64,000 nucleotides of DNA from Eledone cirrhosa. Taxonomy: Eukaryota. A model generated the notes under the pieces. That model did not search any database, was not told where the DNA came from, and saw nothing but the letters and a program-made list of their open reading frames with translations. The position numbers were made by a program, and so were the translations under genes. The stretch spans positions 3,596,001 through 3,660,000 of the forward strand of contig OZ024743.1 in the NCBI GenBank assembly GCA_964016885.1. The letters are read 5' to 3'. Positions 1-13,403 of the stretch are shown piece after piece. Each line of letters opens with the position of its first letter. Within the stretch, counting starts at the first letter, position 1.

Positions 1-43
<43 letters not shown>

Positions 44-159
44 ATACATATATATATATATCATCATAATCTATAAAGCCCAGTGTGTGGTCATGCTCCT
101 TCGTTATAGAAATCTACGATATAGAATTTCTTCAATTGAAATTTACAACTCAGTATTAG

Positions 160-205
<46 letters not shown>

Positions 206-335
206 AGGGAGAGGATCAGGAGTGTGTAACACTCCACTTATCCAATAGGCAGTATAAGGTTAGCTCGATGTCTGAGGACAGAGCCGTAATATAATCAACA
301 ACAAAGAACGCTTAGAGCATAGGTATATCTTTACT

Positions 336-381
336 TGCTAACAGTGTTTCGTCCACACTATAAGTGGGACTCATCAGAGCA
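336..381 (-). ncRNA. Minimal type-I hammerhead ribozyme
   Basis: Minus strand reads TGCT-CTGATGA-GTCCCAC TTATA GTGTGGAC-GAAAC ACT GTT-AGCA: stem I TGCT/AGCA, canonical core, paired stem II, GUU triplet. Confidence 0.75.
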
Positions 382-433
382 TAAAGAGTGATTACATATT
401 ACACAAGCAATAACAAATCCAAGACATTGAAGA

Positions 434-576
434 AATAAAAAATAAAAAATAAAAAATAAAAAATAAAAAATAAAAAATAAAAAATAAAAAATAAAAAATA
501 AAAAATAAAAAATAAAAAATAAAAAATAAAAAATAAAAAATAAAAAATAAAAAATAAAAAATAAAAAATAAAAAAT
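434..576 (+). repeat. (AAAAATA)n simple repeat
   Basis: Directly visible tandem repeat. Confidence 0.95.
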
Positions 577-1284
577 ATTGAAGAAATAAAAATAAACATT
601 GAAAAATAAGAGGTGCTATCAGTCACAGTTGGGCAGGGTGCTGTTAACATACAGTTACATACAAGCATACGCATGGATAAGAGATAGAGAACAGATAAGG
701 AATAGACAAGAATAGATAAGATAGATAGGAGTAGATAAGAATAGATAAAAAATAGGTAAAAAATAGACAAATAATATATATAAAAAATATATATATAAAA
801 TATACAGATAATAGAGATAAAGGGTAAGGAATAAAATAAAATAAAATTAAAATTATATAAAATAAAATAAAATAAAATACAATTAAATAAAATGAAATAA
901 AATAAAATAAAATAAAATAAAATAAAGTAAAGTGAGATAAGGTATATATTTTTAGAATATATTTCTTGAATATATCAGGGGCACACGAACGCCTTAAGTG
1001 TTACAGTTAGCTGTATTACAACAATCAAATGCTCAAATGAGATTTATAATCAACAGGTGCTATGTCCACACTCGAATGAGTTGACCATTGCAATGCAATG
1101 GAGACATCCCAGGTTGGGCAGTCACAAAAGTTCACACTCGAAAGTCACGGGTGTGCATTCACACAGTTGAGCGGTGGGGTAATCACAAAAGGTTCACACT
1201 CGGGCAGGAATCCATTGGTCAACAGAGGAATTTAATTGTATTTTATTTTATTTTATTTTATATAATTTTAATTTTATTTTATTT

Positions 1285-1560
1285 TGTGAAAACCACCCTG
1301 ATCATTGGCTAACTTGGACTCGACAATCACCCTACATCTCTTTGCCAGAAACTTAACATAGTCTTTACCGGGGAGGCTTAACAAGGAGACAATCATTCTT
1401 GTCTCCCTTTATGAAAATTGGGGTTATCGCTCCTGGTTGCCATTACTTAAGTACCTTTCCAGAGATCCAGGCCACCCGGCACACACGAATCAGCCAGAAA
1501 ATACCATCTCTATTTAAGGCTTTTAACATCTCGGTCCGGACTTCATCTTCCCTATTCTCA
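1285..1560 (-). mobile_element. RTE-clade LINE reverse transcriptase fragment (degraded)
   Basis: Minus strand translates GEDEVRTEMLKALNRDGIFWLIRVCRVAWISGKV..WQPGAITPIFIKGD and LLSLPGKDYVKFLAKRCRVIVESKLANDQGGF, typical RTE RT N-terminal blocks, with stops. Confidence 0.75.
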
Positions 1561-1589
1561 CTGCTTCACTGTATACCTAAATATGGTAT

Positions 1590-1850
1590 GTTACGCGATG
1601 CCCCCCTCCAGCCCCGGTGGACAGGATGGAGAAGGCGGCGTTCCCTCGAAGGACGGCAAGGGAGACGCGCTGGAAAAGCCACTCCAACTCGCGGGGTTCA
1701 CACCTGCGGCTGGCCAGCTCAGCGCCTATGGTGGTAAGTAGGGAGGTAGCCCTAGGGCCGAGGACACCAGAAATCTCCACTGAGAGCGACAGGTATTTGA
1801 GGAGCTATTCTCACTTATTTCACTTATTCCACACCTCCATATGTCAGTCG
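1590..1850 (-). mobile_element. CRE-like non-LTR retrotransposon C-terminal (restriction-like endonuclease) fragment
   Basis: VEISGVLGPRATSLLTTIGAELASRRCEPRELEWLFQRVSLAVLRGNAAF matches the ...ETxGxxG...WLFQRxSxAVxRGNA tail of CRE elements. Confidence 0.7.
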
Positions 1851-2092
1851 TACTTCTCCGCTACAGCTTTTCGAAGCCACAGGGACACTATCATAGCACT
1901 AAGATCACATTTCAGATACTGACATTTATTTTTATGACTTAGTATTTATATATGTCTAAGCAGTGTCTCTACTAGTTGTTATATTAAATATAAATTGCTC
2001 TCATTTGATACAGGTCCTTGATTATATTCCTACTTCTTTTAATGGATTTATGTATTTTCCTATTTATTTTGGTTGTAGTTTTGTTATCTCTA

Positions 2093-2559
2093 CTAGCAGA
2101 AAAACCACCCCTACGGGTGGTTTTCTGCTAGCATGTGTAGTGTGTATATTGATATTATACACAAATATATATGCATGTAAATATGATACATCAAATAAAA
2201 TCGTAATTGACAATATAGACAGAAATTGAACAAAGCCTATGTCTTCTGTAATCAGTAATCCATGATATATTAAAAAAAAGACATTATATATAAACCGCAT
2301 TAGGAGAAAATTAGCGACGGAAATATATGCGATTATAAGTGTTATAATATAACGTTAACCGTAAGTGTTGACATTTGATAAGTTTAAAATGAATTTTAAA
2401 GATTAAGCTATAAAATATATTTAATCAACAGCCACGAAATTTAGCACATAAATTATGTAATATTCATTCATTATTTATTCAAATAATCCAACTTATTTTA
2501 CAAACGGGGTAAAAAAATATATTCTTGACGCAATCCCGCAGACCTTCCTTTATTATAGA
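2093..2559 (-). mobile_element. Non-autonomous Helitron
   Basis: Minus strand starts A|TCTATAATAAAG and ends with hairpin ACCACCC-GTAG-GGGTGGT then TTTTCTGCTAG|T: 5'-TC, 3'-CTAG, subterminal hairpin, A|T insertion site. Confidence 0.65.
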
Positions 2560-2618
2560 TATTATAAATGAGATAATTACTTAGAACGCTAAACTTTTGA
2601 AAGCGTTTAGAAATAGAT

Positions 2619-2679
<61 letters not shown>

Positions 2680-2953
2680 AATGCATGTTACCAAGGGATT
2701 ATTGATAAGGGAATAGGACAAGGGTGAGAGAATATATTTCAAGGAGAGACATCTATATATATATGTGTGTGTGCGTGTGTGTGTGTGTGTATGTATATAT
2801 ATATATATATATAAAGAATGAAGAGTAACATGGTTGGCTGTACAATAAGGGCTTTATTTAAAGTATTGACAATTGTTTCGTTGATCAGGTGAGTCTAGAG
2901 TTCACTAATCGCCTGAGTTTAACTGGATTACCTATAAAGATAACTTGTTATCC

Positions 2954-2999
<46 letters not shown>

Positions 3000-3159
3000 T
3001 ATATATATATATAGATGTCTCTCCTTGAAATATATTCTCTCACTCTTGTCCTGTGTGTGTGTGTGTGTGTGTGTGTGAAATTATTTACTCTGGAGTTTCT
3101 CATTTGTGCTACCAGTTACTTAGTGAGTTGAGACCTTAAAAAACTATTAATCTTTAATA

Positions 3160-3196
<37 letters not shown>

Positions 3197-3197
<1 letters not shown>

Positions 3198-3375
3198 CGA
3201 AGGAATTGTGGTAAGGAACCAGATGGACCATAACGCACCAAAGTACTCAATACTTAGGGTAGTAGAGTGGGTAATAGGAACAAGTATGACCCCGACGGCA
3301 GAGCTCATGCCGTTTCGACGGCTATTTCTGGACCGTCGAAACGGCTTGAGCTCTGCCGTCGGGGTCATACTTGTT

Positions 3376-3380
<5 letters not shown>
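3197..3380 (-). mobile_element. Short fold-back Penelope-type terminal element (family A, copy 1)
   Basis: Embedded in (TA)n, with a ~48-bp-arm hairpin containing the hammerhead 3' half GAAACGGC..GCCGTC. Near-identical copies at 13218, 35306, 54745 and 57693. Confidence 0.7.
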
Positions 3381-3430
<50 letters not shown>

Positions 3431-4006
3431 TTAGCGAGAATCGCAATTCGGTGAGTAGAAATTAGCGAAACGCAACTTCCGATTTGTGTTCGAAAGCGCT
3501 CAATGGATACGAAGATACCAGAGCAACAAACATAAGTTAAAAGGCCATATAAAACTGAGACGATGGTTAAGAAGCCATTAACCACCTAAGTCAAGAAGCG
3601 AGCAAGCGAGCAAGCTAAGCGGGTCAAACAAAATAATATATGATTGAAATATTTACCCGGACCATCGGAACTGATGCAAAAATCCGATACAGGGTTTCTG
3701 CGACACCTAAATCAATAATACTGTCTGCTTAAAAAAATAATAAGGTTTTGGTATAATGATCGAACAAGGATATCACTTTCTCAACAGGCATTTTGTTCTG
3801 CGCGAGGATCTCACAGTGTTTTGAAAGCACATATGAACTCCAAATGGGAGAAAACCTCTAGTTTTGGCAAATGAATTCAGGATATGTAGTCATTGCAAAA
3901 GTTTGCAAAAATAGCACAAAACGAATTAAGCTCTCGACCGAGTAGTTTTTAAAATAAACTTAAGCGATTAACTAGTCAATAGAATTAACTAAAAAAATCA
4001 AATATA

Positions 4007-4087
<81 letters not shown>

Positions 4088-4179
4088 TATTAAAGATTAA
4101 TAGTTTTTTAAGGTCTGAACTCACTAAGTAACTGGTAGCACAAAAGAGAAAATCCAGAGTAAATAATTTCATATTGAAC

Positions 4180-4260
<81 letters not shown>

Positions 4261-4574
4261 TCCTCTTTTGGGAAAAGCCGCCACAATGCAAATTAACTAA
4301 AATACGTAGTTGAATAAGTCGGATATGTCTGGCATGGAGCTACCTAACAACAATGGCACCATGGGCCCTCCTAAAGGAGAGCTTAACTGGGTATCTGAAT
4401 GTTAATAAACATATATCTTTTGGGACATGACGATAACATACCAGCAATACTCGAAATCTTGACCTCTCTGCTAGTTCCACACGTTGTAAACACCAGAGTT
4501 AGTTGTCAATGTATATTTAGTTCTATCAGCCATAAAACGATTAACTCTATCTTCTATAACTGTGTGTGTGTGTT

Positions 4575-4635
<61 letters not shown>

Positions 4636-5595
4636 TTATGTATATATATATACAGGAAGATATATATATATATTTATGTATATATATATATCTTCCTTCA
4701 GCATATATATGTGTGTGTATTTTTTTTAATGTGTGTGTGTGTATATATATATATGAAAGAGAGAGAGAGAGAGAAAGAGGGAATTTGTTTTTATGTGTAA
4801 TACCATGTATTACTGTAAAAGCGGATAAGTTCTCTCACCATTATCAAGAATATAAATAAATAAACAATTAAATAAAATAGGAATGAAATAAAATAAGATA
4901 AAGTAAAACAGAAGTTTACTGGACAGTTCTTTTGCGATTCTGGCTTGATCATAAATCTTTCTCTTATGTTTTTACCGTGATTTTGTAGCTGCGGCTGGCG
5001 TCAGCAACATAAAATCATTTTGGCTGCTTTCTTCACCTAAATTTATAATGCTAGCTACACTGTCACAATGACGCCAAACTTTGTCACCAATACAAATTCC
5101 ATAATCCCTCTTTCTCTCTTTGTATGTTTCATCGAAGTCCCATTAAAAACTGATACACTTTTTTAAAACTGGTGGTGAGTTGGCAGAATCAGAAGGGTGT
5201 CGGACAAAATCCAATGCGATATATATATTGGGGTCTTAGTTCGATTCTAGCCGATGTCGACTTTACTTTTCAGGGCCGAAAAATAATTGGCAGTAAATAC
5301 AGTTTAATAGAAAAAAGAAAAAGAAAAAGAAAATTTAGATTGAGAAGAATGGAATGTAAAATAGGAAAATAAAAATAGAAAAAGAAAAAAAAACGGAAAA
5401 GGGTGGGAATGGCAAGGACTCTAGTGTCACAACAGGAGGGGAGGGGGAGGATGGCTGGGTTCTGTGCCTAGGGTGCGGTGGTAAAGAGGCTGTGCCCCAA
5501 GGACAAAGCCACATAGCATTCCCCCTGGACAGCTACCCCACCGCGCGGGTCTCCTTCATCAGACTGGCCGCCGACGTTCCGATCTTGCGGAGGAG

Positions 5596-5799
5596 CTCGA
5601 CTGGATGGGGTCCAAATATGCCCGAGGTCTCGACTGGATGGGGTCCAATTATGCCCGAGGTCTCGACTGGATGGGGTCCAAATATGCCCGAGGTCTCGAC
5701 TGGATGGGGTCCAATTATGCCCGAGGTCTCGACTGGATGGGGTCCAAATATGCCCGAGGTCTCGACTGGATGGGGTCCAATTATGCCTGAGGTCTCGAC
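5596..5799 (+). repeat. 33-bp GC-rich minisatellite, 6 copies alternating two variants
   Basis: Unit CTCGACTGGATGGGGTCCAA(A/T)TATGCCCGAGGT in the order A,T,A,T,A,T. Confidence 0.95.
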
Positions 5800-6313
5800 G
5801 GCGACCGGATTTACTTAGCACCAAGTCGACCCTAATTGAGCAGACATTTCATCAAAAGCGCTCCACCAATGACCATACCATCTTTTTTTTGGCATCGTGA
5901 ATTACGGACATTTGCTTAAATTCTTATAAGTGGGGATGGGGTGTGTAGGGGGAATAAATGAGGGGTAATTCTATGGTATACGTTCGTAAATATGGGATTT
6001 CTTGTAATGTTCTTTTTTTGCCATATATAATGTCTTTTTAATGTAAAATAAAATGATTATTAGATTCTCCACCTGCTGTATCAATATGAATCACTTACAA
6101 TAACATTTTGCCGGAGATAGATGAACAAAATCTGAAAAATTAATAAGATAAGTGTGTGTGCGTGTGGGTGGGTGGGGGATTATTCAAGATTAATTAATTA
6201 ATTCTTTCAACTCATTACTTACGTTTTTTTACTTATTATTATATTTATAATTATCCATTTTTCGTAATTTATTCCCCTGTATAATTCATTTACCTTTTAT
6301 TATATACTATTGT

Positions 6314-6495
6314 AGGGCGTCAGACAACATGCTTTACAGCATAGAGTTATGACCGTACGTCCCTTTACGATCTGAGTTCGAATCCCGCCGAGATCGATAA
6401 AGCACCAATAAAGCACCAATAATGTACTGGAGTCGATTTAAGCGACCTTCCCCTCCCTATAATTGCTGGCTTTGTACCTGTAGTAGAAATCATTA
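6314..6495 (+). mobile_element. tRNA-derived SINE (octopod-type), truncated
   Basis: B-box GAGTTCGAATCCC and shared body/tail; flanking direct repeat TTATATACTATTGT. Confidence 0.8.
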
Positions 6496-6980
6496 TATAC
6501 TATTGTGATTTTTTTTCTTATGGCTAGAGAAGATGGCGTTGTTACTGATATTGTCATTAGCAGGAGGTAACGTTAAGAGTGAATATAAGCTGTTATCTGA
6601 TGTTGCATCACAGACAGACCAAATAGCTGTCTTCCGAGTTACCTATTGGAACACTATGATTTGATTCTCTGTCTGGAGTGATTGGAATAGATTTTTACCC
6701 TTATTTTTCATGTACTAAATTGACTCAATCGCACAAACCTTTTATTGGATCCCGGGGACTAGAGAACGATAGGTCGGCCGATCTAGTGATTAGGCCACAC
6801 CATTGAATTTTTTCACTCTACAACTTAATATAAACCCATAAATATACATACGAATAGGTTTTTGTAATCAATTACTAACTATTTTTTTAACTAACTACCT
6901 ACATTATGATTATAACTATTCACTTTCTAGAACTCTTTTAATTTTTATCGATTTATTTACTCGTTATTATTATAATGGTT

Positions 6981-7165
6981 GTGGATTGGCAGTATCGGTA
7001 GAGGGTCGGACGCCATGCTTTGCAGCAAAGAGTTACGGCCCTTTATGGTCTTAGTTCAAATCCCGCCGAGGTTAATTTTGCCTTTCATCCTTACGGGGTC
7101 GATAAAATAAAGTAGCAGTAATACACTGGGTACTTGCTGGCCTTGTGCCAAAAGTAGAAACAGTT
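6981..7165 (+). mobile_element. tRNA-derived SINE
   Basis: A-box TGGCAGTATCGG, B-box GTTCAAATCC, body CTTTCATCCTTACGGGGTCGATAAAATAAAGTA. Confidence 0.85.
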
Positions 7166-7173
7166 ATTATTAT

Positions 7174-7392
7174 AATGGTTTCTCATTTAGGCACAAGGCC
7201 AACAATTTGGGGGAAGGGCAAAGTCGATTAAATCGACTCCAGTGCGTTACTGGTACTTTATTTTATCGACCCCGTAAGGATGAAAGGCAAAGATAACCTC
7301 GGCGGGATTTGAACTCAGAACGTAAAGGGCAATAATTCTATACTGCCAAGCATGTTGTCCGACGCTCTACTGATACTGCCAATCCACCGCCC
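7174..7392 (-). mobile_element. tRNA-derived SINE, full length
   Basis: Reverse complement of the same family. Confidence 0.85.
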
Positions 7393-7398
7393 TAACTC

Positions 7399-7580
7399 TG
7401 GCAGTATCGGTAGAGGGTCGGACGCCATGCTTTGACGCATAGAGTTACGGCCCTTGCCATTCTGAGTTCAAATCCTGCCGAGGTTAACTTTACCTTTCAT
7501 CCTTACGGGGTCGATAAAATAAAGTACCAGTAATGAACTGGGTAATTGCTGACCTTGTGCCAAACAGTAGAAACAATTAT
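7399..7580 (+). mobile_element. tRNA-derived SINE
   Basis: Same family as 6981. Confidence 0.85.
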
Positions 7581-8540
7581 AATAATAACTATTTTCCAAC
7601 TGGTAATCTCACTTTTATAATCTTTGTAGACTATAGTTTTTATAACGCTTTACACCACTAATTTTTATACCCTTTAAGAGATTCACCGTCACGCTACGCT
7701 GACTTTCGACCAGGGACTAGCAGGGTTATCACATATCATATGGCGCTCTCAGATCTTGTTAAATACATCAAACGATCGGCTCTGAGGGGTTTTACGATTG
7801 GCTGGAATGTGTCACTGTAAAGAACACCCCTCCTGGTCACGCCTACGAACCCCACCCCTCCTGGTCACGCCTACGAACCCACAATAGCATTGTCGAATGT
7901 GTGACATATGGGGGCCGTCTGTCATTGAAGTTGCATTGATCGATGGACCGCCCCCGTATTAATTCTTTGTATATATTTTGCCGTAATCCAGTAATTGATT
8001 ACTTAACCATTAAATCTTTCATATGAATTACACCTGATGATGTCGTCACATGTCTTGCGCCATGATCTGATGACGTGTGCCTGTCGGTCAGAGAAGTACG
8101 CATTATGATTTTGTATCATTTAAAGAATATTTTGAATCTAGATATGAATTCATATTATACTTCAGCTACACAATTTAACGTGTAAATGAATTAACTCCCA
8201 CCATAAGCATTAAAATTATGCAACTTAATAGGTTCAATTCTCTAGTCCTCCGAAATCTGATGGGTTTATAATGTCTTTGGTCGCGTGTGGATTGCAAAAA
8301 AGACAGCTGTATATCGTTTTCAATCAACAGAGAAATACGTACCGTAAATATGACAAGCTTAAATATAAACAAAAAACAGCTTCGGTTAAAAAAAAAAAAA
8401 ACTACTGTTTGTACATATTTATTTCATATAGAAATTACTTCTACAGGGCTAGACTTGTTTCATACTTTCACCATTAAAGAGTTTTAGTCCTGTATTAGCA
8501 TATACGTATATATAAATTTATTAATATATATATATATAGT

Positions 8541-8731
8541 AATAATTGTTTCTACTTTAGGCACAAGGTCAGCAATTACCCAGTGCATTACTGGTACTTT
8601 ATTTCATCGACCCCGTAAGGATGAAAGGCAAAGTCAACCTCGGCGGGATTTTAACTCAGATCGTAAAGGGACGTAACTATGCTGGAAAGCATGGCGTCCG
8701 ACCCTCTACCGATACTGCCAATCCACCGCCC
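8541..8731 (-). mobile_element. tRNA-derived SINE
   Basis: Same family, reverse orientation. Confidence 0.85.
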
Positions 8732-8779
8732 TGTGGATATATATATATATATAGTAATAATAATAAATAATATATATAT

Positions 8780-9033
8780 ATAAATGTAATCTGAGTTTTT
8801 CGAATATTAATAATAACATTCGATTCGTTTGCAATTATGCAAACAAGCCTCAATTTTATAGCCATGTCAGTAGAATGAACACTTCATTCTTGCTCTTGTG
8901 TTGGCATGCCAACACAAGAGCAACAATGAAGTGTTCATTCTACTGACATGGCTATAAAATTGAGGCTTGTTTGCATAATTGCAAATGAATCGAATGTCAT
9001 TATTAACATTCGAAAAACTCAGATTACATTTAT
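8780..9033. repeat. Spacerless ~254-bp palindrome (127-bp arms)
   Basis: Centre GGCA|TGCC at 8906/8907; arms are complementary with a few mismatches; flanked by (TA)n. Confidence 0.95.
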
Positions 9034-9065
9034 TGTATTCAGCCATGTAGAGCGAAATTTTCTTT

Positions 9066-9222
<157 letters not shown>

Positions 9223-9259
9223 ATATATATATATATATATGTGTATATATATATATATA

Positions 9260-9346
<87 letters not shown>

Positions 9347-9520
9347 GTATATATATGTATATATATGTATATATATGTATATATATATACATATATATAT
9401 ATGTATATATATGTATATATATATACATAGATATATGTGTATATATATATATTGTTATACTTGGAGAGGGTCATATTTGTGTAATATTTTCAGAATTAAT
9501 AACAGAACACACTCAATTTG

Positions 9521-9588
9521 CCTTGTCCGATGAACGAATGAGGACGTTTTTCGTATTCGTCTTATTCGGGAAACCTCTGGTAATGAGG
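9521..9588 (+). ncRNA. Hammerhead-like motif, variant core CCGATGA
   Basis: CCTTGT-CCGATGA-ACGAATGAGGACG..CGTCTTATTCGG-GAAAC CTCTG GTA-ATGAGG; all three stems can pair. Confidence 0.55.
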
Positions 9589-9691
9589 TAATTATATTGT
9601 ATTGTTTATTATACATTAAATTTTGCTCTGGTACTTACATAGGCACTCTTCACTCGTATGACGTTTTCAATTTTCAACGGAAACTTCAATA

Positions 9692-9762
<71 letters not shown>

Positions 9763-9924
9763 TTATATATATATACTTATATATATTAGAAAGTGAGGTT
9801 TTTTTTACAAAATGAAAAATAACCGAGGTGTCCTACACGAGTGAAAGTATAAAGAAAAAGAGATGAAATCGAAAATGCAACTGGAGTCTTATTTAAAAAA
9901 AAAAATATATATATTTATTTGGTT

Positions 9925-9962
9925 CCTTTACCGGTTTCGCAGTTCTTCTGCTTTTCAAAAGG
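9925..9962 (-). ncRNA. Minimal hammerhead, U3:A8 variant core
   Basis: CCTT-TTGAAAA-GCAG AAGAA CTGC-GAAACCGGTA-AAGG; palindromic stem III ACCGGT. Confidence 0.7.
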
Positions 9963-10130
9963 TGAGTTGAGATGGAGGGTCTGTGGTTAAAGTGTTAAAC
10001 AAGATTCAATGAGTATATCAGAGAAAGAGTTTTACAGTAGATTGGAAGCACTCTACGGAAAATAATTTTCCAGAGTTATTAATATTAAAATACAAATATT
10101 AATAAAATAGATGTTCTTTTGATCAATTAC

Positions 10131-10183
10131 ATTTTATTATACATATTTCGGAGGTACAACAGTACATCCTCATCAGACAAAAT
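10131..10183 (-). ncRNA. Minimal hammerhead
   Basis: ATTTTGT-CTGATGA-GGATGTAC TGTT GTACCTCC-GAAATATGTA-TAATAAAAT; stem I pairs with a 2-nt offset. Confidence 0.6.
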
Positions 10184-11016
10184 ATAATGATACATGACAT
10201 ACCTAGGGATGTTAAATGGTTAAGATTTAATCAAGGTAGTGATTAACCCAAGAGAAAATTCAACATTTATACCCTAATAATGAGAAAATGCGAAAACGTA
10301 ATAAATTCAATAGAGAATGTGTGAGTAAGAAAAAACGTTGGTTAATGTGACAGCTATAGAGATTTTAAAATGTAGGATATTACAAGTTATGTTTATCTAG
10401 GAAAACATCCCATGAATTATAACAGTCAATGAGGGCCGCTGGGAGGGGATTTAGAGAGAGGGAAAGATAAAGGGGGGTAATATATACAGAAAGAGATTTT
10501 TTCCGAAAGCTAAACGGTTAAGTTTCAAAATATTTAATTTATGTTATTTTAGGGTGAAGAATCAAGATTTAATATTTTTTTCCATTTTTAAAGTCGCTGG
10601 TTATTTATATTTATTAATTTTATAAATTCTATAAGTGTGTTAACATTTCTAAATTTCTGAATTTTATGAGGGTAATATTTAAAGGATTTACCTGGCCAGC
10701 GAAAGGAAAATTTACACTGTTGAATATTTTCCTAAATGTAAACTTTAACGAAGATAATCTATAAAAATGTCAACATTTTCCGTATGTAAAGCTTATGAAG
10801 TACTTATTGTTAGAAATATTTAAATAACGATTATGTATATAGATATATATTAATGAGCCAGTATATTTTAGGTAAATGATAACGAATATAAAATAATAGA
10901 TTGAAGCATGCTAACGTTAAATAGATACCTATATATATATATAACAGGGTGTAAATGCATGGATTATTCATAGTTCAAAATAAATAATAATCTAGAAATT
11001 TAGAAGTTATCTAAAG

Positions 11017-11054
<38 letters not shown>

Positions 11055-11111
11055 GTATTAGTGATACAGTATACTTTACGTAAATGATAACGATTATAAT
11101 CTTATATATAT

Positions 11112-12915
11112 ATATATATGTATATATATTTCGTTTTGCACATGCGGTAGGGGCCAGCATAAAATTAACCCTTAAGGAACATATGTTCAAATTTAATGGT
11201 AAAACATATGCCCAAGAGGAAGGAGCAGCCATTGGTGTTAGCATTGCAGGCGACATAGCTAACTTATTCATGGTATGGTGGGACGGTAGACTTAAACAAA
11301 AACTTAAAAAAAACAAAAAAAAAAACAAAAACTTAAAGAACAATTAGAAGACAGCTTAACCCTGATAATGTACTCCCGCTACGTAGATGATATAAACATC
11401 GTAGTTAAGACACCCCCACTAAAGAACAGTCAGGAACTAGAGAAAAACACAATGGAAAGCATCCAGCAAATAGCAAACTCCATCCACCAGAGCATTAGAG
11501 TTACTATAGACTACCCAAGTAGACACCCCAACCATCGATTACCTGTACTAGACACAGAGCTCTGGTTAGATACCATTAACAACCAAAAACAAATCCTCCA
11601 TTCCCATTATGCCAAACCCATGACTTCCAAACATCTGATCCACCGAAACTCGGCCATTTCGGACCATACCAAAATCAACATACTGATTGCGGATTTGGTG
11701 AAATGTGTCCCGCATGTGCAACCCCGAAGAACTAGAGAGACACATACAACACTTCATCCACCGTATGCAGTTCTCTGGCTACAATCAGAGAGATAGAATC
11801 AGAGTGTATAGAGGAGCCAGAACAAAATGGGAAAAAATGGTAAATAATGACATAAATGGGACCTGCCCCTTGTATAGGAGCAAATTTTGGAATAGAATAG
11901 AAAGAACTAGGAACAAGGCCAATAGAATAAACTCATGGTATGATAGCAATAAATACCAGAGTGTAATGTTCATCAATACAACCCCTAGAGGCGAACTAGC
12001 CTACAAATTTAGAAGGGCCCTAAATAAACATAAACTCAATATTAAGATAGTAGAAAGACCAGGTACCTCCGTAAAAACACTTATTAGCAAGACATACCCG
12101 TTCCAAAGACCCTCATGTATAGATAAGAAGTGTATAACCTGTAAAATAAGCCCCCATATTAACTGTAAAACTAGAAATGTAGTGTATAGCATAAGATGTA
12201 CTGAAGGACAATGTAGAAACAAAAATATAGTGTACATAGGTGAGACAGCTCGTAGTATAGGGGAACGAATAAATGAACACTGGCGAGACCTTCAAGATAA
12301 TAAAGAATCATCTGTACTCTACCAACATGCTAAGATAGAACACAAGGGTAAATTAGAGAACATAGAAATAAAAATAGAATCCACACACAGAAAAGATGCA
12401 ATGTTTAGGCAAATTACAGAGGCAGTAAGCATAAAAGAATTACAACCAAAATTAAATAGAAAATATGAGTGGAACAGCAACATCACAACTTACAATTAAG
12501 GACAAAATGAAAACACACACACACATAGAACAAACAACCAACCAACAACATGTAAATAAATAAACAAATAGATAAATGAACACAAACACACACAGACACC
12601 CGGATGTGGCGCATGCGCAAACTGAGCACACAACACACACACAGAAACAAAATGGCGTAGGACAGAAGAAAGGAAAGGCACAGAAACAAAGAAAGGAATC
12701 CCCAGTCACTGAAGAGGTCACAGAGTGTGTGACGAATGGACTATGACTATATATATAAACAACTATCTGGTTGTGGAACCAACCAACCAACCAGAAATTT
12801 ATAAGTTTGTAGATTTGTAAATTTATAAATTTATAAATATATAATAAATTGAAGTGAAAGCAACTGGTGCGTGTGTTTCTTATTGGCAACATGACCCTCC
12901 CAAAGTATAACAATA
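11112..12915 (+). mobile_element. 5'-truncated Penelope-like retroelement (RT C-terminus + GIY-YIG endonuclease), frameshifted
   Basis: FNGKTYAQEEGAAIGVSIAGDIANLFM, YSRYVDDI and LPVLD (PLE RT), then C..C..C zinc motif, NVVYSIRC..VYIGETARSIGERINEH and LNRKYE (GIY-YIG). Hammerhead-like motif in the 3' UTR; inserted in (TA)n. Confidence 0.92.
12704..12748 (+). ncRNA. Degenerate hammerhead in Penelope 3' UTR
   Basis: AGTCA-CTGAAGA-GGTCAC..GTGAC-GAATGGACTA-TGACT; GAAA is changed to GAAT. Confidence 0.55.
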
Positions 12916-12971
12916 TGTATATATACATATGTATATATATATGTATATATATATGTATATATATATATATG

Positions 12972-13055
<84 letters not shown>

Positions 13056-13057
13056 TA

Positions 13058-13403
<346 letters not shown>

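Larger units (their letters stand above)
204..1230 (-). mobile_element. Penelope-like element 3' (pLTR) remnant with hammerhead, interrupted by (AAAAAT)n
   Basis: Starts at the edge of a (TA)n tract and carries a hammerhead motif at 336-381. No ORF left; boundaries approximate. Confidence 0.45.

Noticed and set aside
3425-3976. Possible second Helitron (ends ..CTAGT)
   Set aside because: No clear subterminal hairpin or 5'-TC boundary.
5596-5799. CRISPR-like 33-bp repeats
   Set aside because: Units are contiguous with no unique spacers, there are no cas genes, and the context is eukaryotic.
8034-8100. CTGATGA motifs at ~8034 and ~8067 (and 46326)
   Set aside because: No downstream GAAA/NUH with pairing stems; not callable as hammerheads.
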